Sequence record: LR597660
From: Escherichia phage T4_ev151
DNA length: 64,000 nucleotides
Strand: one strand, 5' to 3'
Each line of letters begins with the position of its first letter. Positions within the stretch are counted from its first letter, which is position 1. The notes beneath the pieces were generated by a model. The model had not been told where the DNA came from. It ran no database searches and saw nothing but the letters and a program-made list of their open reading frames with translations. Position numbers and translations under genes: made by a program. Positions 29,920 through 41,098 of this stretch are shown piece by piece.

Positions 29920-30380
29920 AGAGAGTCTCTTAATAGGTTTAACACATCAATAAATTCAGCTTCGGTTAGTATTGTATCATCTTTTGTTAGACCACTAGCC
30001 ATGCTGTGCTTCAAAACTTTTCCTTTCGAGGCTAGTAATGCATCACGAAAGCCCTTGTTTTGGATTGCTGCTTCAAAATATGCATTTGTGTATAATTCTT
30101 TCCACGCTGGGGAGTATCTTGAAAACGGAACTCCAAGCCAGAAGAGGGTCCCACGGTCCTGAGCTCTAGCATAAGACCTTCCAGCTTGTTGGGCGGCAAG
30201 CCCGGATAACCCAAATATACGTCTTTGCTGTTCAACATTTTTCACCTTACATCCTTGGAGGAATCCTTCAAGACCTCCAAATTGAATGCCATCCATAACG
30301 AAAGGCCATTGGGCAAAATTACTTAATGCACATGATGGCCATTTAAAATTGCTTCTAATCTCTAACTCAGACATTTTCAA
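29916..30380 (-). CDS. YbiA/NADAR-like domain protein (30.3 position)
   Basis: 154 aa; family assignment is from recollection of the conserved pattern (WPFVMDGIQFGGLEGFLQGCK...), not a search. Confidence 0.5.
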   Translation of the reverse strand: MKMSELEIRSNFKWPSCALSNFAQWPFVMDGIQFGGLEGFLQGCKVKNVEQQRRIFGLSGLAAQQAGRSYARAQDRGTLFWLGVPFSRYSPAWKELYTNAYFEAAIQNKGFRDALLASKGKVLKHSMASGLTKDDTILTEAEFIDVLNLLRDSL

Positions 30381-30573
30381 TACTTATAATTTCAACATCA
30401 GCCCAATGACCATAGTTTGGTAGACGAAATTCAACTGGCCAGTCACTGCCTTTTTCTAATATAATAGACTTAACTTGTGGTTCTTCGTGTTCATCAGTAT
30501 ACGGATTTTTATCTGTTACTTTATATGTTACCTTAATGTACTGAATTCCAAAAATCTTATTAATTATATTCAT
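30367..30573 (-). CDS. Hypothetical protein, 68 aa
   Basis: ORF in the tightly packed 30.x cluster, overlapping neighbours. Confidence 0.5.
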   Translation of the reverse strand: MNIINKIFGIQYIKVTYKVTDKNPYTDEHEEPQVKSIILEKGSDWPVEFRLPNYGHWADVEIISIENV

Positions 30574-30767
30574 ACTAATTCCTTTAATCCGTAGATAGGA
30601 GATAATTCATCACCCATACGAAGGTCTTCATTCCCATCTACCCAAGAAACAATATAAGCCTCTTTTACTTGAACATCTCCCAATTTAAATGCGGGTAAAA
30701 CCTTAGAAATTAATCCAGGTATACCAACTCCCTTTAATTCAACAGTTTGGCCTAAAAAGAATTTCAT
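30570..30767 (-). CDS. Hypothetical protein, 65 aa
   Basis: ORF in the 30.x cluster; ATGA overlap with the upstream ORF. Confidence 0.5.
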   Translation of the reverse strand: MKFFLGQTVELKGVGIPGLISKVLPAFKLGDVQVKEAYIVSWVDGNEDLRMGDELSPIYGLKELV

Positions 30768-31054
30768 TAAAACCTCATCTGAAAACCATGCGATTTAACA
30801 TTACCGCCATTAATATCAGAACTATTAATTTCACGTGCAATTGAGGGATCAATGTCAATTTCGCCATTAAGTTTAATGATAGACAAAGTATCACGCCCAT
30901 TTACTGTGCGGAACTCTAAAGGGCAGACTGCATTAACATAGTTTTTAATCGATTCACTGGTAGGCTGCAAATGAGCAGGAAGGTCTTTAGGCGCCTTTGA
31001 GAAAACTACTTCACAGAAATTTTTGCGGGTGTCAAAATAAGTAGTCATAAACAT
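30767..31054 (-). CDS. Hypothetical protein, 95 aa
   Basis: ATG at 31054 with GAGGA RBS; the track ORF start at 31105 would run through the hairpin at 31072-31085. Confidence 0.55.
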   Translation of the reverse strand: MFMTTYFDTRKNFCEVVFSKAPKDLPAHLQPTSESIKNYVNAVCPLEFRTVNGRDTLSIIKLNGEIDIDPSIAREINSSDINGGNVKSHGFQMRF

Positions 31055-31094
31055 AATATTTTCCTCAGTAAGGGGCCGAAGCCCCTGTTTTATT

Positions 31095-31472
31095 TTAAAT
31101 ATCAAATTCGTTAAGAACTACATCAAAGATTGCTTCAAGATGCTCAGGTTTAGCTTTGTTACTCAGAATATGACGAATCCAAGTTTTAACCAGAAGCTTA
31201 CGATTGACGCCATTCCAGCAAGGATGAGTCCCTAAATCACGTTGACGAAAATCATCATCCAAAGCGATTTTAAAAGAAGAACCTTCTTTCGTGATTGAAA
31301 CCGTGATGCCATTTTCAAATCGCATATAAACGTAATTAGGAGTCATATACTGTTCAATTTCGCATACTGATCCATTTTGATGTTTCCAAAGGCAGATAGT
31401 ATCAATAGAACCTGCAATACCATTAGAAACATATTTACGTTCAAAGTTGATGTAGTTCATTTTATTCTCCAA
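31095..31472 (-). CDS. Hypothetical protein, 125 aa
   Basis: ORF with an intergenic spacer upstream; MENKMNYINFERKYVSNG... Confidence 0.6.
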   Translation of the reverse strand: MENKMNYINFERKYVSNGIAGSIDTICLWKHQNGSVCEIEQYMTPNYVYMRFENGITVSITKEGSSFKIALDDDFRQRDLGTHPCWNGVNRKLLVKTWIRHILSNKAKPEHLEAIFDVVLNEFDI

Positions 31473-31527
31473 GATGTTTAATTGCGGTACAGGTATATAA
31501 TATCATATCCTGTACCAAAGTAAACAA

Positions 31528-31860
31528 TTATTTTACTACTTTCCAATGTTGCATGTCAAGTTTACCAACTTTTTTCATCTTCTCAATTAAGCGTTCTGCA
31601 CGTTGGCGAGCTGTAACATAATGCCATTCGCCTAATTCATTTTGTTCAATTTTTCCAACGATTACTGTATTCAATTCATAAATCCAACCAGTAAAGAAAT
31701 TATGAACTTGAATTGTAAAGGTGAAATCTGTTCCCATACCTTCTGTTGTTTCTACTTCAATAATATCACCTTCAACTGCCATTAAGAACCACATAGTTTC
31801 ATTATATTTACCATTGAAGCATTTAGTTTTAACTGTAGCGTTCAGATTAATCGTTTTCAT
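31528..31860 (-). CDS. Hypothetical protein, 110 aa
   Basis: ORF with RBS AAAGGAG; candidate early promoter upstream. Confidence 0.6.
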   Translation of the reverse strand: MKTINLNATVKTKCFNGKYNETMWFLMAVEGDIIEVETTEGMGTDFTFTIQVHNFFTGWIYELNTVIVGKIEQNELGEWHYVTARQRAERLIEKMKKVGKLDMQHWKVVK

Positions 31861-31887
31861 TTTATTCTCCTTTGTTTGTGTAAGATA

Positions 31888-31917
31888 ATACTATCACAAA
31901 GGAGCTATACTGTAAAC
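31888..31917 (-). promoter_or_regulatory. Candidate early promoter
   Basis: Minus strand GTTTACA, 17-nt spacer, TAGTAT; lies just downstream of the terminator at 31941-31965. Confidence 0.4.
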
Positions 31918-31940
31918 AACTTTGTGCAATCTTTGGAAAA

Positions 31941-31965
31941 TAAAAAAGGACTCCCGAAGGAGTCC
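31941..31965 (-). terminator. Strong rho-independent terminator on the minus strand
   Basis: GGACTCC-TTCG-GGAGTCC hairpin (31948-31965) followed on the minus strand by TTTTTTATTTTCC. Confidence 0.8.
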
Positions 31966-31970
31966 TCAAC

Positions 31971-32147
31971 TTATGCTTTCTGCTTACCAAAACGAGAAGC
32001 ATCATCTCGAAGAACCGCACGTGCTCGGCGCATGATCTTCTCAACAGTTTGATTGATACGAGAGTTCGACCCACGCTTGTAACCAGCGCGTTTAGAATCA
32101 CCAACTTTCTTTTCAACTGCTTTCTTTGCTTTAGCTTGTTTTGCCAT
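31971..32147 (-). CDS. Small highly basic protein, 58 aa
   Basis: MAKQAKAKKAVEKKVGDSKRAGYKRGSNSRINQTVEKIMRRARAVLRDDASRFGKQKA from ATG 32147; track ORF extends to an upstream non-ATG start; terminator follows. Confidence 0.5.
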   Translation of the reverse strand: MAKQAKAKKAVEKKVGDSKRAGYKRGSNSRINQTVEKIMRRARAVLRDDASRFGKQKA

Positions 32148-32435
32148 TATAAATTCTCTTTTAAATGAAAATGCAGGACTTATTGGCATTGCCTGCGCAA
32201 GCCCTCAAGGGGAACATAGGTTTTGAATATTTACCGACAGGATAACCATAAACCTCGTCATCATACCACCAAGACTTACACAGATAACACTTTTCTGACG
32301 CATGATAGTAACATTCAAGAGGTACACCATAAAACTGCCGGGGTCTTAAAACTATAATGATTCGCAAATCATTAATCAGACAGTTCGATGGCTCCTCGAT
32401 TTTAGCTCACACTAAGGCAGTGAATCTCCAATAAA

Positions 32436-32684
32436 TTACTTCAGTGTTACCACAAAGTGACGAACTGCTTTTCGTGCAGCAGAAGCCAAAGGCTTAGCAT
32501 ATTTAAGTTCATCTTTTTCCTGAAGCTCAGCAGCTAATGCAGTTTGAGCAGGATTCAGATGTTTGAAATAACGCAGGATTTCAAGAGCTTCGGCTTCAAC
32601 ATCAATAGATGCGCCATAGTTTTCGTGACCATTATTCCATGCGTTTCGTTGCAGTTCAAGAGCGTGTTGTAATTGTTTAATCAT
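32436..32684 (-). CDS. rIII: Probable lysis inhibition accessory protein RIII
   Basis: 82 aa, same length as T4 RIII; positioned just downstream of gene 31 as in T4; a late promoter box lies between them. Confidence 0.6.
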   Translation of the reverse strand: MIKQLQHALELQRNAWNNGHENYGASIDVEAEALEILRYFKHLNPAQTALAAELQEKDELKYAKPLASAARKAVRHFVVTLK

Positions 32685-32823
32685 TTAAAAATTCTCGTTA
32701 GAGATTAAAACTCGGTAGTCACGTTCTTCTGAATTTCATCTTCTTTCGACAGATCTCTCAGTTGTAGACTACCACATAGAATTGTTCGGTTAACTTATTA
32801 TTCCGACACCCAATTCATATTAT

Positions 32824-32831
32824 TATTTATA
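32824..32831 (-). promoter_or_regulatory. Late promoter box TATAAATA on the minus strand between gene 31 and rIII
   Basis: Plus TATTTATA at 32824-32831, abutting the gene 31 stop codon. Confidence 0.5.
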
Positions 32832-33167
32832 TCACTTATAAAGACACGGAATAGCTTTATAGTGACAAGTGACGAATTTTTGTTTAATTTCTTTTGGCTG
32901 CTTAAGACCCAGAGCTACAAAAGGATGTGGAACATTTCGAATTTGACCAACTGGAAGAGAAGTCAAATCACCAACTTCGCAGAAACCTTCAGGAACATCA
33001 GGACCGACAGAGTGAACTACACATAGTTCAGGAACTTCACCTTGAACACGTTTACCGATAATAAGTCCTGATTCTGTAACTTCTTCATCACCAGCCTGTG
33101 CAGGTTCAGAAACTAAAATAACATATTCACCGACAGCACGAATTGGTAGCTGTTGTACTTCAGACAT
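32832..33167 (-). CDS. 31: Co-chaperonin gp31 (GroES analogue for capsid protein folding)
   Basis: 111 aa, same length as T4 gp31; [30 protein letters not shown]... Confidence 0.92.
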
Positions 33168-33223
33168 CGTTTTTCCTTTTTGTTAACAGATGAATTAATA
33201 ATAACAAATAATTCTTAAAGCAT

Positions 33224-33532
33224 TTATTTACCAATAATTTGAAGCAAATGCTCAACTTTCATACCATTAACAGAAATCAATTTGTCAATAGAAAAACCTC
33301 GCCATGCGCCAAGTTCAACATCAAATACTGGAATCATGTCAGTAGATTCTTTCCGAGTAGATTCAGTCAATTTACCAGTTTGCATGGTTGGCATAAAGTC
33401 TGCATCACGAGTACCTTTCATAATACGAATAGTACCATCAGATTTTTCAAAAACTACGTTTGAAACACCCATGGACAGTTTAGTTTTCAAAATTTCGCGA
33501 ATTGCTACTTTCTGCTCAGTTGTCAGTTTCAT
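33224..33532 (-). CDS. Hypothetical protein, 102 aa (31.1 position)
   Basis: ORF with RBS, downstream of gene 31. Confidence 0.6.
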   Translation of the reverse strand: MKLTTEQKVAIREILKTKLSMGVSNVVFEKSDGTIRIMKGTRDADFMPTMQTGKLTESTRKESTDMIPVFDVELGAWRGFSIDKLISVNGMKVEHLLQIIGK

Positions 33533-33769
33533 TTATTTACCTATTACAGTTTTAATATGAGTTGTTCCACGTTCTTTAAGGGTGGAAAGTAATTTTTGGC
33601 ATTTTTCTAAATCAGATTTCCAACTATATGGTCTATCAATACTAGTCCAATCAGTTTTATAATACTGTTTCCATTTAGAGAAAAAATATTTCTTATACTC
33701 TACAGCAAACGAGATGTTCTCATTAGAATAAGAACTAATTGCTGTGAGCTTTACCAAACGAAATTTCAT
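33533..33769 (-). CDS. Hypothetical protein, 78 aa (31.2 position)
   Basis: ORF whose ATG overlaps the cd stop. Confidence 0.55.
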   Translation of the reverse strand: MKFRLVKLTAISSYSNENISFAVEYKKYFFSKWKQYYKTDWTSIDRPYSWKSDLEKCQKLLSTLKERGTTHIKTVIGK

Positions 33770-34350
33770 TATTCACCACAGAATTCGTTGATATTTTCCC
33801 AGTTTAACTTATTCAAGTTTTTCTTAGGAACATTAAACACTTCAATACCTGCATTTCGCAGAATATCATCCCAGCCAGGTTTATTTTTATCGTATGTTTC
33901 GCAATAAACCAGCTTTTTAATACCAGATTGAGCTATTGCTTTTGCACAATCTGGACAGGGAGAAAGTGTTACATACATAGTAGCACCTTCAATAGAAGAA
34001 CCATTTCGTGCAGCAAACAAAATTGCATTTAGTTCAGCATGAATTTCATTTTTAGACGACCATTCAGAGTGAGCGCTACGGTGTTCTTTCGCCAAGACAA
34101 AACGATCAGTTGAACCAAATGATACACATTCAGGCTTATGACCTTGGATGATAGTGTGTTTAGGCTTATTCAACAACCATCCTTGCTCAGCAGCATAATC
34201 ACAACAGTTCACACCCCCTGCGGGGGAACCATTATACCCAGTAGAAATAATACGTCCATTCTTTTCAATTACTGCTCCTACCTTCCAGGAGCAACATTTT
34301 GATTCTTGTGATACTAAATATGCAATTTGAAGTACTGTACTCGCTTTCAT
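33769..34350 (-). CDS. cd: dCMP deaminase
   Basis: 193 aa, same length as T4 Cd; zinc deaminase motifs HAELNAI and SPCPDCAKAI. Confidence 0.93.
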   Translation of the reverse strand: MKASTVLQIAYLVSQESKCCSWKVGAVIEKNGRIISTGYNGSPAGGVNCCDYAAEQGWLLNKPKHTIIQGHKPECVSFGSTDRFVLAKEHRSAHSEWSSKNEIHAELNAILFAARNGSSIEGATMYVTLSPCPDCAKAIAQSGIKKLVYCETYDKNKPGWDDILRNAGIEVFNVPKKNLNKLNWENINEFCGE

Positions 34351-34685
34351 TTCATAATCACCAGATAAGCAGATTTAGCAGTTTCAACACGATAAATTTC
34401 GTGACGAAGTTTAGTTATACTTTTAATAACAGAACTAATTATATTCTGCCCATCTTTAAAGCGGTTTTTCTTATCAATAAAAATTGCGCCAACCATCTTT
34501 TTGTGAAGCTCAACTGGATACTTCGTCACAATAATAGCATCATATACAGAAGGATGAATACTATTTACTAGAGTGTCATTCATTAAAGTTATTCTAATAA
34601 ACTGTGCTGTTTCAGAGTCAAGCGCTCTATGATCGCCAGTATCATTTTCAAGACAATTATCAATTATATCAGTTAAATTCATCAT
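34347..34685 (-). CDS. Hypothetical protein, 112 aa (cd.x cluster)
   Basis: ORF with ATGA overlap to cd. Confidence 0.55.
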   Translation of the reverse strand: MMNLTDIIDNCLENDTGDHRALDSETAQFIRITLMNDTLVNSIHPSVYDAIIVTKYPVELHKKMVGAIFIDKKNRFKDGQNIISSVIKSITKLRHEIYRVETAKSAYLVIMK

Positions 34686-34921
34686 AGTACGCCATACACC
34701 CTTTGTGCTTCAACTAATCCATCAAAATCCAGTTTAAGATGCGATATTTGATCGCCATCACCTGGATTCACAATTACTAATACTGAACGAGGAGTTTCGG
34801 TAATAACACGAACCGATGTTTCAGGAAATCGTTCAGAAACCTTATTTACCAATTCCTGAGCAAATAGTTTAACTTTTTCTTGGAATTCTTTAACAGTAAT
34901 TGGTTTTTCACTTAGCAGCAT
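34682..34921 (-). CDS. Hypothetical protein, 79 aa (cd.x cluster)
   Basis: ORF overlapping its neighbour by 4 bp. Confidence 0.55.
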   Translation of the reverse strand: MLLSEKPITVKEFQEKVKLFAQELVNKVSERFPETSVRVITETPRSVLVIVNPGDGDQISHLKLDFDGLVEAQRVYGVL

Positions 34922-34982
34922 TTTGTTTTCCTCATTTATTTGGTAGAGCTATAATATCACAACTCTACCGTAAAGTAAACCA

Positions 34983-35258
34983 TTAAATCGCTTTGAATTC
35001 CGCAGTTTGAGATTCAAAGCGAATGTCGCCTTTGATAACTAACTCAGCATCAAGACCGAATACGACAATGATATGCGCGGAACCTGGATACAGCGTAATG
35101 GCAACAGAATCCACCTGGTCTGGAAGCAAAGTGTTTAATACATGAGTCACTTGAGCATGGATTCGAAGTTCGGCTGCGTTATCAAGTTTTTCAAACATAT
35201 TATTAGCGATAATTTGGCTAAACACTACTTCTACGATTTTAGAATAAGTCGGAAACAT
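34983..35258 (-). CDS. Hypothetical protein, 91 aa (cd.x cluster)
   Basis: ORF with RBS. Confidence 0.55.
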   Translation of the reverse strand: MFPTYSKIVEVVFSQIIANNMFEKLDNAAELRIHAQVTHVLNTLLPDQVDSVAITLYPGSAHIIVVFGLDAELVIKGDIRFESQTAEFKAI

Positions 35259-35260
35259 AT

Positions 35261-35461
35261 TTACCTCACATAATTTTCTTCAAGCCAATCGATAACATCC
35301 AAAGCGTTATCAAAAGTTGAACCATCTACTTTGTCTTCTGTTTCATAATCAAGAACATCTAAACCTACTCTTCCATCAACAATAGGCCATAAACAAAATA
35401 GATATTTCTTTTCTTTTTCAATTTTATCACAAAGACGATAAATCTTTTCTAGATTATTCAT
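35261..35461 (-). CDS. Hypothetical protein, 66 aa (cd.x cluster)
   Basis: ORF tightly packed with neighbours. Confidence 0.5.
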   Translation of the reverse strand: MNNLEKIYRLCDKIEKEKKYLFCLWPIVDGRVGLDVLDYETEDKVDGSTFDNALDVIDWLEENYVR

Positions 35462-35650
35462 AAGTTTTCCATGGTAAAGGCAGTTTAGTTTTCTTTACTG
35501 TTAGTTCAACATCAGGATTCTTTTCTCTCAATTTAAGACATTCCTCCCAAGCTCTGATTTCACTAGTGAATACACAAAATTGCCCATTACTAGTACCGAC
35601 TAAACCACTATTTACAATAATAATAGCCCAAGTTTCATGATGCCACGCCA

Positions 35651-35651
<1 letters not shown>
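35454..35651 (-). CDS. Hypothetical protein, 65 aa (cd.x cluster)
   Basis: ORF whose ATG overlaps the pseT stop. Confidence 0.5.
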
Positions 35652-36869
<1,218 letters not shown>

Positions 36870-36873
<4 letters not shown>

Positions 36874-37106
36874 TTATTTTTCTCAACTAATGATTGAATA
36901 TAATCATGCAGATCTTTAGATGCCTTACCCCACTTATTTTGATATTCATTTTTAAGATTAGCACGTGATTGAGCTAATAAAACATCATTAGTTGGAGGTA
37001 AAGATTCTAATCGTTGAATCTGTCGTCCATAAATCATTGCAGCCATCTCGGATTCATAAATTAATCCTTTTAAATGTTCAAATTGATACCAAGAAATCAT
37101 TTGCAT
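36870..37106 (-). CDS. Hypothetical protein, 78 aa (pseT.x cluster)
   Basis: ORF overlapping its neighbour. Confidence 0.5.
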
Positions 37107-37396
37107 TTATCCTCTTTTAACTCTTGACGATAATAACATATCATAGTTTTCTGGTCGTGTACATATCGTTTTACATCATTAAGCCAAATACGAAATTCCT
37201 GAGAATCTTCAAATGGCATACCGACCCAAGCTTTACCATCAATAACTTTAACTTGCCAAGATAATTTAGCTTCGTCATATGACTTTATTTGTACAGGCCA
37301 ATTAGGATGAACTGTTTCTTTCTTTACTTCTAGAGGCTTTGTCGAACAACCAACTAGAAGACCAATAGATAATATTACTGCTGATAGTTTAATCAT
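37097..37396 (-). CDS. pseT.2: Outer-membrane spanin (o-spanin) lipoprotein
   Basis: 99 aa; signal peptide with lipobox LVGC (MIKLSAVILSIGLLVGCSTKP); adjacent to the i-spanin as in T4. Confidence 0.75.
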   Translation of the reverse strand: MIKLSAVILSIGLLVGCSTKPLEVKKETVHPNWPVQIKSYDEAKLSWQVKVIDGKAWVGMPFEDSQEFRIWLNDVKRYVHDQKTMICYYRQELKEDKCK

Positions 37397-37746
37397 TTAG
37401 AAAGGTCCTGGATGTCTTCTGCGAACTTGTTGAAGGAGTTGTTGATTTGTTTTTCAACCAATCCTGGCTTATGAGCCACCACATCCGCCTTCTTTGCGTC
37501 TTTGCGCAGTTTTTCATTTTCACGCTCAATAGCAGCAATTGCCTCACGATTTTTATTATTCATCGCGTCAATATAATTATACTGAATTCGCAAATTATTT
37601 AATGCTAAGGCGTTTTCATTGGCCGTTTTTGTAATTTCTACAACAGACGTTTCTAATCTTTCAATTTTATTTTTTAAAATTAAAGAAGTTCCGCCCAATG
37701 CAATTACAATTAATAGCAAGCCTGTTGTCGTATTACTTAATTGCAT
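37393..37746 (-). CDS. pseT.3: Inner-membrane spanin (i-spanin)
   Basis: 117 aa; N-terminal transmembrane helix (GLLLIVIALGGTSLIL) then a coiled-coil region; overlaps the o-spanin by 4 bp. Confidence 0.75.
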   Translation of the reverse strand: MQLSNTTTGLLLIVIALGGTSLILKNKIERLETSVVEITKTANENALALNNLRIQYNYIDAMNNKNREAIAAIERENEKLRKDAKKADVVAHKPGLVEKQINNSFNKFAEDIQDLSK

Positions 37747-38243
37747 AAAGTTTTAATAACCTCTATAATATCGTCTTGAGAAAGACCGTTAATTAAAATA
37801 TGATGTTCAGCCGGAGATTTAGAAATTTTAAAGCACGCCGCAACATCTTCTGCCATATCCGATGCGCTACGATTTGGATTACTAATTCCAAGACGATGCT
37901 TTCCTGTCAAAGGATTAACGATGATATAGCATTTGCAGCTATTGATATGAACATTAGGTTGAGTCTGATTAATAAACACTTCACAATCATACTTAGCGAG
38001 TTGATTTTCTAAAAAGACTTTCATCTCCTCAACCGCATCAGGAAGCATATCACGGGCTTGCTCAAGACGACGATTTCGATATTCTTTAATGGTCGTTTTC
38101 CGCTTGACTTGCTTAGCTAAATCTTTCTTAAGATCGGTGATATATCCAACTCGACGATTTCCTTTGAATACAGAAATCCCATCTGTAGTATCACCGTATG
38201 CTTCAACGACCATTTCAGTAGTAATAAGCTGCAAATCCATCAT
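37737..38243 (-). CDS. alc: Alc, inhibitor of host transcription on cytosine-containing DNA
   Basis: 168 aa (T4 Alc is about 167 aa); positioned between rnlA and the spanins as in T4; RBS supplied by repeat copy B. Confidence 0.75.
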   Translation of the reverse strand: MMDLQLITTEMVVEAYGDTTDGISVFKGNRRVGYITDLKKDLAKQVKRKTTIKEYRNRRLEQARDMLPDAVEEMKVFLENQLAKYDCEVFINQTQPNVHINSCKCYIIVNPLTGKHRLGISNPNRSASDMAEDVAACFKISKSPAEHHILINGLSQDDIIEVIKTLCN

Positions 38244-38247
38244 AAAG

Positions 38248-38301
38248 TCCTCATGTTATGTCAGTAAGACTACTATAACACAACACGAGGGACTTGTAAA
38301 C
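38248..38301 (-). repeat. 54-bp exact repeat, copy B: early promoter, leader and Shine-Dalgarno cassette upstream of alc
   Basis: Identical to 24615-24668; lies between the rnlA stop (38305) and the alc ATG (38243). Confidence 0.85.
38272..38301 (-). promoter_or_regulatory. Sigma70-type T4 early promoter inside repeat copy B
   Basis: -35 TTTACA (38300-38295), 17-nt spacer, -10 TATAGT (38277-38272). Confidence 0.65.
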
Positions 38302-38304
38302 AGC

Positions 38305-39892
<1,588 letters not shown>

Positions 39893-39900
39893 AATAAAAT

Positions 39901-39914
39901 GGGCCTTGCGGCCC
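39901..39914 (-). other. Hairpin GGGCC-TTGC-GGCCC between nrdB and denA
   Basis: 5-bp GC stem directly after the nrdB stop; followed on the minus strand by AUUUUAUUAUG (includes the denA start). Confidence 0.5.
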
Positions 39915-39919
39915 ACTCC

Positions 39920-41098
39920 TTAAAAGTATTTTTTAAAACTCATCATAACTTTATCATCAACATCATTATCAATCTGTGCAACAAGATAAGATGACAGTTC
40001 TACTTCTTGCGGCGCGGATTGAACATTATCAGAATTAAGGTATTCACGAATCCAAGGATATGGATGTTTAACCGGAGCATCGGTAATCGGGCATGGAAGA
40101 CCACACTGTTTCATACGAGATACAGTTAAGTAATCAATAAAGCTCCACATGCTATTTGTATTTAATCCAGGAACATCGCCATCTTTAAATAAATGAACTG
40201 CCCAATCTTTTTCTTGGCGGTTAACTTCCATGAAAATATCAACTGCTTCTTGTTCACACTCTTTGGCAATTTTAACCCATTCATCGCCATCAGTACCGGA
40301 TTGAAGTTGACGAATAATATATTGTGTACCTTTAAGATGAAGCTGCTCATCACGTGCAATAAATTTCATAATCTTCGCATTACCTTCCATGATTTCCATG
40401 TTCTTATGGAAGTTGAAAGTACATGCAAAGGATACATAAAAACGAATAGCTTCCAGAGCATTGATAACGTGCAGACAGAGATAAAGCGACTTCATCAGGT
40501 CTCGTTTACATTCTTCCAAATGAGTGAGACTGTTTGAATATGCTTCTAAATCATATTCATTTTCAGCAAAATAACTAAAGTTTTCTTTGGCGTTTTCCCA
40601 AATACGTGTCTTGTCCAGAACATCATCATAATAACGACCAATAGATTCAGCACGTTTCATGATAGCTTTATCTAATACAATCTCATCAAATACCTTTGAC
40701 GGATCAGTATAAAGATTTCGCATAATATGAGTGTATGAACGACTGTGAATGGTTTCACTAAAAGTCCATGTAGCAACCCATGTATCAAGGCTTGGGTCTG
40801 AAATCAATGACATAAGTACAGCAGACGGTGCACGACCCTGAATGCTATCCAGAAGTGATTGATACTTCAGATTATTAGTAAAAATATTCTGCTGATATTG
40901 AGGAAGCTTATTAAACTGTGCAGCATCCATCATTAAGTTTACTTCTTCAGGACGCCAGAAAAATGACAACTGCTTTTCGGTTAAATCTTCAAAAACTTTA
41001 TGACGTTGAATATCATAACGCGCAATACCAAGACCTGAACCAAAAAACATAGGTTCTTTTAAAACATCAACTGGATTTGTATTAAAAACTGTAGACAT
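39920..41098 (-). CDS. nrdB: Ribonucleotide reductase small subunit; continuous, no intron
   Basis: 392 aa from ATG 41098 (MSTVFNTNPVDVLKEPMFFGSG...); uninterrupted reading frame; track ORF starts 12 codons upstream. Confidence 0.92.
   Translation of the reverse strand: MSTVFNTNPVDVLKEPMFFGSGLGIARYDIQRHKVFEDLTEKQLSFFWRPEEVNLMMDAAQFNKLPQYQQNIFTNNLKYQSLLDSIQGRAPSAVLMSLISDPSLDTWVATWTFSETIHSRSYTHIMRNLYTDPSKVFDEIVLDKAIMKRAESIGRYYDDVLDKTRIWENAKENFSYFAENEYDLEAYSNSLTHLEECKRDLMKSLYLCLHVINALEAIRFYVSFACTFNFHKNMEIMEGNAKIMKFIARDEQLHLKGTQYIIRQLQSGTDGDEWVKIAKECEQEAVDIFMEVNRQEKDWAVHLFKDGDVPGLNTNSMWSFIDYLTVSRMKQCGLPCPITDAPVKHPYPWIREYLNSDNVQSAPQEVELSSYLVAQIDNDVDDKVMMSFKKYF

Noticed and set aside
31862-32116. 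84-aa minus-strand ORF
   Set aside because: Runs straight through a strong terminator hairpin and the promoter after it, and overlaps the better-supported basic-protein gene; likely spurious.
39920-41098. Looked for a group I intron in nrdB
   Set aside because: The reading frame is continuous, so no intron is present.
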